From positions 1 to 34,410 of the IMG/VR virus record IMGVR_UViG_2579778652_000012: a stretch of 34,410 bases of DNA; one strand, 5' to 3'. This stretch comes from a virus. Its lineage: Duplodnaviria; Heunggongvirae; Uroviricota; Caudoviricetes. The first letter of the stretch is position 1, and the number at the start of each line of letters is the position of its first letter. Made by a program: the position numbers and the translations under genes. The notes beneath the pieces were generated by a model, which did no database searches, was not told where the DNA came from, and worked only from the letters and a program-made list of their open reading frames with translations. Below, piece after piece: positions 28,658 through 34,410 of the stretch.

Positions 28658-28738
28658 GTCATCACCAATGATTTGCTCTGATTTTCGTTATTTTAACTTA
28701 GGTTATTTGTGGTCTGTGTGGCGTTTACTTATTGCAAA

Positions 28739-28755
28739 ATTGCTCTAATAAATAT
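28739..28755 (+). promoter_or_regulatory. C1 operator-like 17-mer upstream of the uhr-hrdC-dmt operon
   Basis: ATTGCTCTAATAAATAT, one mismatch to consensus, followed by the conserved TGTTTTTTATGTCG promoter-like extension shared with the ant and kilA sites. Confidence 0.5.
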
Positions 28756-28826
28756 TGTTTTTTATGTCGTGTTTTCGGTACCATTCAGCCATCGCCCTTC
28801 AATGGGCATTTGTTTGGAGTCGTCAG

Positions 28827-29111
28827 ATGCAGATGGAGCTAATAAGCCGCAAGGAGTTCGATAGCCGTGTAACCAGCGGTGAACTCGACAACTTGCAGGC
28901 TATCAAGGTGAAAGAAGGCTTTTGCCTCATTGGGAATCAGAGCGGAACAAATCGCGTTTTTATGCTTCGCCGTACGGATTTGAAGCCATTTGTCTGGAAG
29001 AACGAAATTGGTCCCAGCTCATACGCTCAAACGAGGGGGTGCCACAACCTGGCCTTTTTCTACAAAGACGAGCTTTCTGTGGTTGATATTCAAGGGTTAC
29101 AACATGTTTAA
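28827..29111 (+). CDS. small hypothetical protein upstream of hrdC (Uhr-like position)
   Basis: Track ORF is 28755..29111, but its start coincides with the operator; GGAG lies 7 nt upstream of the ATG at 28827 ([11 protein letters not shown]...). Confidence 0.4.
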   Translation: MQMELISRKEFDSRVTSGELDNLQAIKVKEGFCLIGNQSGTNRVFMLRRTDLKPFVWKNEIGPSSYAQTRGCHNLAFFYKDELSVVDIQGLQHV

Positions 29112-30009
29112 GCACTGGAAAAACATTACTATTTATAAACTTTCTCGTGAGGCGGATCTGACCGACTTAGAAGATAAAAAGAAAATGCTCCTTTTCACGC
29201 CATGCGGTAGTCAGGATATGGCCAAGTTCGGTTTTGTATCTCCATTTGGTGATAATTCCGAAGTTATCGCTATGCATGGAAATGGTTTTATCCTTGTTGA
29301 AGCAAAGCGCGAAACAAAAATTCTTCCCCCGCCGGTTATCCAGCGAGCTATTCAAGAAAAAATTGAAAAACTTGAGCAAGAACAAGCGCGTAAACTGAAG
29401 AAAACAGAGAAGGACTCCCTGAAAGACGAAGTTCTGCATTCTCTTCTGCCACGGGCTTTTTCAAAGTTTTCTGTTATCCAGGCGATCTACGACGGTTCAA
29501 CTAAACGTATCTATATCAATGCCAGCGCGCGGCAGGCAGAGGATATGCTCGCGCTTATGCGTAAGTCTCTGGGTTCTCTTCCTGTTGTTCCCCTGAGTGT
29601 TGAAAATCCCATTGCATTAACGCTGACCGACTGGGTACGTGATGGTAGTGCTCCACAGGGATTTCAAATGGGGGATGCGGCAGAACTCAAGGCAGTGCTT
29701 GAGGATGGCGGTATTGCCCGAGTGAAAAAGCAGGATTTGGGAAGCGATGAAATTTCCACACACCTGGAAGCTGGCAAGCTCGTCACTAAGTTGGCACTCG
29801 ACTGGCAGAACCGCATTAAATTTACACTGGACCATAACTTCAGCCTTACCAGCGTCAAATTTGCGGATGAATTGCTTGAGCAGAACTCTGATATTGATAG
29901 TGAAGATGTTGCGCAGCGACTGGACGCAGATTTCTTCCTGTTGACCAGTGAAATTTCGTGCCTGGTTGATGCTCTGGTAAATGCCCTTGGCGGAGAGGCT
30001 AAGCAGTGA
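29104..30009 (+). CDS. hrdC: RdgC-like recombination-associated protein (P1 HrdC-like)
   Basis: [16 protein letters not shown]...[17 protein letters not shown]... closely parallels the E. coli RdgC N-terminus (MLWFKNLMVYRLSRE...[11 protein letters not shown]..., recalled). The internal ATG at 29104 gives 301 aa, the RdgC size; the track start at 28990 adds 38 non-homologous residues. Confidence 0.75.
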   Translation: MFKHWKNITIYKLSREADLTDLEDKKKMLLFTPCGSQDMAKFGFVSPFGDNSEVIAMHGNGFILVEAKRETKILPPPVIQRAIQEKIEKLEQEQARKLKKTEKDSLKDEVLHSLLPRAFSKFSVIQAIYDGSTKRIYINASARQAEDMLALMRKSLGSLPVVPLSVENPIALTLTDWVRDGSAPQGFQMGDAAELKAVLEDGGIARVKKQDLGSDEISTHLEAGKLVTKLALDWQNRIKFTLDHNFSLTSVKFADELLEQNSDIDSEDVAQRLDADFFLLTSEISCLVDALVNALGGEAKQ

Positions 30010-33000
30010 AAGAGCTGTGCTATGGATCTGTTTGCAGTGGAATTGAAGCCGCGAGTATTGCCTGGGAACCGTTGGGTATGCGTCCGGCGTGGTTTGCTGA
30101 AATCGAGCCTTTTCCATCGGCCGTTCTTGCGCTCCGCTGGCCCCATGTTGTCAACCTTGGCGACATGACAAAACTTGCCAAAAAAGTCTTGGCTGGGGAA
30201 ATCGAATCCCCTGACGTGCTCGTCGGGGGAACACCATGTTTTACCGCGGGGCATATGGTTCTTTGTAAAAATGGCTATAAACCAATAGAAGATGTTTGCC
30301 CTGGCGATTACGTAGTCAGTCATCTCGGGCGGTTACAACAAGTAAAAAGAGTTGGTTCAAAAATAGCTAATACGGGGTTACTTAATGCCGTTGGGCAGCC
30401 TTTAGGTATAAGAACAACCAATGACCATCCCTTCCTGGCTGTTCGGTGGAAAGCCCAAAACACCCGGAAAAATGGCACATATTTTAAGAGAGAGTTGTTG
30501 TCTGAACCGGAATGGCGAGCAGCATGTGATATGCCGGGATATCAATGGTGCGCTCTAACTAATTTCAATATTGCATCTCCAGATATTTGTTCTCGGTTCT
30601 TGTCTGAAGAACAGGCTATGTATCTTGCGGGCGCTTATGTTGGCGATGGATATATTAGGAGATGGAGAGGTAAATCTAAGAAGGCGGTTGTTTTTGGCAT
30701 AAATTGCCAGAAATTGAGAAAGTTTCATTGCCGCATACCAGAAAACATATTTTCCGTGGCAAGCGAAATCCGAGGGAGCATCAAAGTAACCTTGAATGAT
30801 ACGTGTTATGCCAATTGGCTTAATGAACATTTTGGCGAGTTAAGCCATGCTAAGCGTATCCCTGCATGGGTGATGTCGCATCCATTGCGTCATGTGTTTT
30901 TACAAGGCTATCTTGATACTGATGGGACACCAAGTGGTAAAGCGGGATTTAGAATTAATAGTGTTAGTCCTGCGCTTGCTTGGGGCGTTGCGGGGTTGTC
31001 ACAGACTTGTGGTTATGTTTCTTCGGTCAGCTTTATTGAAGTTGAGCCCAAAAAAGTGATCGAGGATCGCGTGGTAAATCAACGGAATTATTATCAGGTA
31101 ACAATCTGCCCGCAGAAATTGTCACGTAAATCAAGATTGGCTCATGGAATGCTTTTACGAACAGTCAAAGAGTTTAAATCGGTAGGCCTAGATACTGTAT
31201 ACAACATAGAAGTCGAAGGTGATCATTCCTATATCCTCAATGGTGCGGTGGTCCATAACTGTCAGGCATTCAGTATCGCGGGATTACGTGGTGGGCTTGA
31301 TGATGAGCGTGGCGCGCTAACTTTAAAGTATGTGGAGCTTGCAAATGCAATTGACGACAAACGGGCTGAGTCATTTCTCAAACCAGCCGTTATCGTCTGG
31401 GAAAATGTCCCAGGAGTCTTGTCATCGGCAGATAACGCCTTCGGATGTTTCCTTGCCGGATTGGCTGGAGAAGATGTGCCATTTGAACCAGGTGATCGAC
31501 CTGAATCAGGAAAAAGCAACGCGTTCTGGCGGTGGGATGGCAAAACCGGTTGCCATGTTCCAAAGTGGCCGCAGTGTGGTTGTATTTATGGACCGCAGCG
31601 AAAAGTGGCCTGGAGAATCCTTGATGCCCAATACTTCGGAGTGGCACAACGACGCCGACGCGTGTTTGTTGTCGCAAGTGCTCGAACAGACCTCGATCCC
31701 GCAACGGTACTTTTTGAGTTCGAAGGCGTGCGCCGGGATATTGCGCCGAGCAGAGGCGAGGGGAAGGAAGTTGCCGGAAATGTTGGAAATGGCATTAAAA
31801 GCGGGAGCCATTGGGATAACCCTGTAAATCCTCACCCGACACTTAACCAGTCACACAATACTGGTGGGATTGGTGCAAGTAACCAAGAGATTTTTGCGCA
31901 GCGAGGCAGCGGACTTGTGTATTGCATGGCGCATGGGCAAGGGGGGGCAGAAATAAAAAATGATGGGACATCACCTACTCTTACTTGTAATCATGAAGCT
32001 CCAATTGTGTTTTCTTGCAAGAAAGCTATTGCGTTTACAAGCAAAAATTATGGGCAGGATGCGGGTGTTGAGATTTCCCCAACTTTACGAGCTGGTAACT
32101 CTGCTAATAGCAATCAAAACGCGGGATGCCCACCAGCTGTTGCGTATTCGCTACAACATGCACAAATTGGGCGAAAAGATGATGCTGGACCGCAGGGTAA
32201 AGGGTGGCAAAAAGAGATAAGTTTTACTCTTGATTCCCGCGCAACAGCTGACGCCGTTGCGTTATCTTTTTGGGGGCAGGAAAGTATTGAAAAAGGCGAA
32301 TTAGGTGAGAATGGTTACTTACCTCATATGATGAGCGTTCGCCGTCTGACTCCTGTCGAATGTGAAAGGCTGCAAGGTTTTCCTGATGGACATACGTTGA
32401 TTCCAACGGGAAAGCGTAAGAAAGTTACTTCAGATGAACTTATATACCTTCGCAATCACGATCCTGATTTAAGTGAAGAAGAGGCCGCCATGCTTGCAGC
32501 TGACGGACCTCGTTACAAAGCTATCGGCAATAGTATGGCGATACCAGTAATGCGCTGGATTGGCGAGCGGATTACCAAGGCTGCATGTCGGCAGAAAGAA
32601 GGAAGTGAAACAAAAGAGCGAAAAGTTAAACCAGCGGCAGAATTCGAACGGTCCATATTCAAATGGGCTGGTGGAAAATTTGGTGTTCTGGAACAAATCT
32701 TTCGCTATTTGCCAGAAGGGAAGCGCCTGATTGAACCTTTCGTTGGTGGCGGAGCTGTCTTCATGAATGCCGGATACCAGGAAAATCTGCTAAATGATGT
32801 GAATGCTGACCTGATTAACTTTTACAAGACTCTGCAACGCGAGGCGCATTCACTTATCACTCTGGCACATCGTTTCTTCCAGGACTACAACACACAGGAA
32901 GGATACCTGGCAGTACGGAATGCGTTTAACAAACAAGTCTATGATGATTTACATCGCGCAGCGGCGTTTTTGTTCCTGAACCGACATTGTTTTAACGGAT

Positions 33001-33452
33001 TGACGCGTTACAACCAGGCCGGTGAGTTCAATGTCGGTTATGGGAAGTATAAAACTCCGTATTTCCCATTACAGGAGATGGAAGCCTTCCTCGGTGCGGA
33101 AGGGCGGTCTGAGTTTGTATGCGGTGATTTTGCAGCGGTGATTGAAGCTGCCGGAGAAGGAGATGTCATCTTTTGCGATCCGCCGTATGAACCGCTTCCA
33201 AATACAGAGGGATTCACGAACTATTCCGGTCATGACTTTAAGTTTGAAGAGCAAAAACGCCTGGTGTCTCTGTTGACGGATGCTCATCGTCGAGGTGCAA
33301 AAGTTCTCATTACTAACAGTGGCGCGCCAAACATCAGAGAGCTTTATCATGACAGTGGCTTCAGAGTGGAACCTCTTTTTGCCAGACGTTCTGTGTCTTG
33401 TAAGGGAGACACTCGAGGTGTTGCTCATGACGTTATAGCAATATTGCACTAA
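30006..33452 (+). CDS. dmt: bifunctional DNA methyltransferase Dmt: N-terminal C5-cytosine MTase (intein-interrupted) fused to C-terminal Dam-type N6-adenine MTase
   Basis: GTG start overlapping the hrdC stop, with GGAGAGG 7 nt upstream. C5-MTase motifs: [12 protein letters not shown] (PCQ, split by the intein), [23 protein letters not shown]. Dam-type domain from about nt 32613: [27 protein letters not shown] and catalytic DPPY, collinear with E. coli Dam. Confidence 0.85.
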   Translation: MKELCYGSVCSGIEAASIAWEPLGMRPAWFAEIEPFPSAVLALRWPHVVNLGDMTKLAKKVLAGEIESPDVLVGGTPCFTAGHMVLCKNGYKPIEDVCPGDYVVSHLGRLQQVKRVGSKIANTGLLNAVGQPLGIRTTNDHPFLAVRWKAQNTRKNGTYFKRELLSEPEWRAACDMPGYQWCALTNFNIASPDICSRFLSEEQAMYLAGAYVGDGYIRRWRGKSKKAVVFGINCQKLRKFHCRIPENIFSVASEIRGSIKVTLNDTCYANWLNEHFGELSHAKRIPAWVMSHPLRHVFLQGYLDTDGTPSGKAGFRINSVSPALAWGVAGLSQTCGYVSSVSFIEVEPKKVIEDRVVNQRNYYQVTICPQKLSRKSRLAHGMLLRTVKEFKSVGLDTVYNIEVEGDHSYILNGAVVHNCQAFSIAGLRGGLDDERGALTLKYVELANAIDDKRAESFLKPAVIVWENVPGVLSSADNAFGCFLAGLAGEDVPFEPGDRPESGKSNAFWRWDGKTGCHVPKWPQCGCIYGPQRKVAWRILDAQYFGVAQRRRRVFVVASARTDLDPATVLFEFEGVRRDIAPSRGEGKEVAGNVGNGIKSGSHWDNPVNPHPTLNQSHNTGGIGASNQEIFAQRGSGLVYCMAHGQGGAEIKNDGTSPTLTCNHEAPIVFSCKKAIAFTSKNYGQDAGVEISPTLRAGNSANSNQNAGCPPAVAYSLQHAQIGRKDDAGPQGKGWQKEISFTLDSRATADAVALSFWGQESIEKGELGENGYLPHMMSVRRLTPVECERLQGFPDGHTLIPTGKRKKVTSDELIYLRNHDPDLSEEEAAMLAADGPRYKAIGNSMAIPVMRWIGERITKAACRQKEGSETKERKVKPAAEFERSIFKWAGGKFGVLEQIFRYLPEGKRLIEPFVGGGAVFMNAGYQENLLNDVNADLINFYKTLQREAHSLITLAHRFFQDYNTQEGYLAVRNAFNKQVYDDLHRAAAFLFLNRHCFNGLTRYNQAGEFNVGYGKYKTPYFPLQEMEAFLGAEGRSEFVCGDFAAVIEAAGEGDVIFCDPPYEPLPNTEGFTNYSGHDFKFEEQKRLVSLLTDAHRRGAKVLITNSGAPNIRELYHDSGFRVEPLFARRSVSCKGDTRGVAHDVIAILH
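30237..31259 (+). mobile_element. intein (341 codons) with LAGLIDADG-type homing endonuclease domain, inserted in the PCQ motif of the Dmt C5-MTase domain
   Basis: Starts with Cys (CFTAGHMVL, block A-like); TTNDHPFL (block B T-x-x-H); [10 protein letters not shown] and GYLDTDGT (two LAGLIDADG-type motifs); ends ...[10 protein letters not shown] followed by +1 Cys (CQAFSIAG). In-frame removal restores [12 protein letters not shown]. Confidence 0.75.
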
Positions 33453-33466
33453 TAAATTTATTAGTG
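33443..33466. promoter_or_regulatory. bipartite (palindromic) C1 operator-like element overlapping the dmt stop codon
   Basis: ATTGCACTAATAAATTT (33443-33459, one mismatch to consensus) overlaps the perfect 20-bp palindrome CACTAATAAATTTATTAGTG (33447-33466), i.e. two inverted overlapping half-operators. Confidence 0.5.
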
Positions 33467-33636
33467 TAATATCGACTCAATGAATCGTGATTTATAGAGC
33501 GATTTAGCTGTTAGCCGCGACAGGCGCGGCGGCAAGTATGGCGGGGTAGTGACTCCTTCCCCATCATGACGCCGAGTTGCCAGGTTGACCATACGCCTAA
33601 GTGGCAACACCGAAGTGCGTTACGAGCTTCCAGTTT

Positions 33637-33662
33637 GCCCATCTTCGGGTGGGCGTTTTTTC
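33637..33662 (+). terminator. rho-independent terminator of the hrdC-dmt operon
   Basis: Hairpin gcccatc-ttcg-ggtgggc followed by a six-T run, about 185 nt after the dmt stop. Confidence 0.6.
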
Positions 33663-34126
33663 AGGGTTTTCGTCATGGTTAGCGACTTTGCGGCGGTTTA
33701 TAAACTGACCATTAAAGTAAATGCAAACGATGATCTGATGATGGTAGCGGCCTAAGAAGCCAGACGCCACGGGGTATGAGTCGTCCCCCGTCAAAAAATC
33801 GACCGCAGAGTGTCCCCGTCTGTGTATTAGGGAACGGGGAGGCACAACAGGTAAGGGCGCTGGTGTGATTAACCAGATGAACGAGAAGGGGCCATCTGTT
33901 GGTCAGCGTCCTTTCCTGTTGCGTCTTCTTTTCAGCGTAACAGCGGTGCTTAACAGCACTTTGGGTACAGTTCCACGAATTTACGGGTATATCCCGTCAT
34001 GCTGAAGGCGCTAATCACGCTGGAAGCCAGGGTTGTGCATCCCCTGTTACCGAATTGCAGCCAGGGCGCGGTGCGCCGAAAAGCATACGGAGGTGGAAGC
34101 CCTCGCCGGAGACGTACCCGGCAAGT

Positions 34127-34202
34127 GATGGTGTAGCTCAGCGGTTAGAGCGGTTGACTGTTAATCAACGGGTCGATGGTTCAAATCCATCCACCATCGC
34201 CA
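34127..34202 (+). tRNA. tRNA-Asn (anticodon GTT)
   Basis: Manual cloverleaf: acceptor GATGGTG/CACCATC, D-arm GCTC-AGCGGTTAG-AGC, anticodon arm GTTGA-CTGTTAA-TCAAC (GTT), T-arm GATGG-TTCAAAT-CCATC, discriminator G, encoded CCA. Confidence 0.85.
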
Positions 34203-34204
34203 AT

Positions 34205-34280
34205 GCCGGTTTAGCTCAGTTGGTAGAGCGCCTGCCTTGTAAGCAGGATGTCAGCGGTTCGAGTCCGTTAATCGGCACCA
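34205..34280 (+). tRNA. tRNA-Thr (anticodon TGT)
   Basis: Manual cloverleaf: acceptor GCCGGTT/AATCGGC (one G-U), D-arm GCTC-AGTTGGTAG-AGC, anticodon arm CCTGC-CTTGTAA-GCAGG (TGT), T-arm AGCGG-TTCGAGT-CCGTT, encoded CCA; 2 nt after tRNA-Asn. Confidence 0.85.
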
Positions 34281-34288
34281 GCACAACA

Positions 34289-34363
34289 GGTAAGGGTATT
34301 TTGCGACGTCGGAGATCGCCGAGCTTGGCAGAGGGTTCGAATCCCTACGAAGTACCCTTACCG
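34289..34363 (+). other. non-canonical tRNA-like element (canonical T-arm inside a long extended stem; possible degenerate third tRNA or structured RNA)
   Basis: Canonical T-loop GGTTCGAATCC at 34333-34343; 10-bp perfect closing stem GGTAAGGGTA/TACCCTTACC, extendable to about 20 bp over 34282-34368; the 25 nt between acceptor-like and T-arm cannot form both D and anticodon arms. Confidence 0.35.
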
Positions 34364-34410
34364 TTGTGATGAATGCGCAGGCTGATGCGCGAAAGACATT
34401 GCAGCTATTG

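Noticed and set aside
29167-30323. Minus-strand ORFs (90, 166 and 219 aa) overlapping hrdC and the dmt 5' end
   Set aside because: Antisense to genes with strong homology-based support (RdgC-like, methylase motifs); compositionally atypical.
34289-34363. Calling the third element a standard tRNA (for example tRNA-Ile)
   Set aside because: I could not fold a D-arm plus anticodon arm from the 25 nt available between the acceptor-like stem and the canonical T-arm; reported as tRNA-like only.
34055-34369. 104-aa plus-strand ORF
   Set aside because: It runs straight through the tRNA-Asn and tRNA-Thr genes and the tRNA-like element; this is an artefact of reading RNA genes as codons.

Overview
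The window reads as one contiguous segment of a P1-family (Punavirus-like) phage-plasmid; gene names below are by analogy to phage P1, recalled from memory, with no database search run. Left to right: a minus-strand late tail operon (baseplate-like genes and a 1142-aa Sit-type tape-measure protein with a lytic transglycosylase domain); an AT-rich island of three tandem signal-peptide proteins; an immunity-I-like module (c4-like 77-nt antisense RNA, icd, ant) followed by kilA-repL; an AT-rich two-gene cassette (DUF3800-like plus a coupled partner); a minus-strand structural block ending in sheath-like and head-like genes; the partition module parS-parB-parA; a T5orf172/GIY-YIG-like gene with its own terminator; an iteron-flanked repA with a GATC-rich, DnaA-box origin; small membrane, lipoprotein and PAAR-like genes; a plus-strand uhr-hrdC(rdgC-like)-dmt operon; and a tRNA-Asn/tRNA-Thr pair followed by a non-canonical tRNA-like element. 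The most striking observation is that the C5-cytosine methyltransferase domain of the bifunctional Dmt methylase is interrupted inside its catalytic PCQ motif by a 341-codon intein carrying a LAGLIDADG-type homing endonuclease domain. Other candidates for accessory or undescribed functions are the T5orf172-like gene between the incA-like iterons and the par promoter, the AT-rich DUF3800-like cassette after repL, and the secreted-protein island. Several 17-bp C1-operator-like motifs, one of them a bipartite palindrome overlapping the dmt stop, tie the modules into one immunity circuit. Several ORF-track starts were revised from RBS context (TTG start for the head-like gene, GTG for dmt, internal ATGs for hrdC and others).
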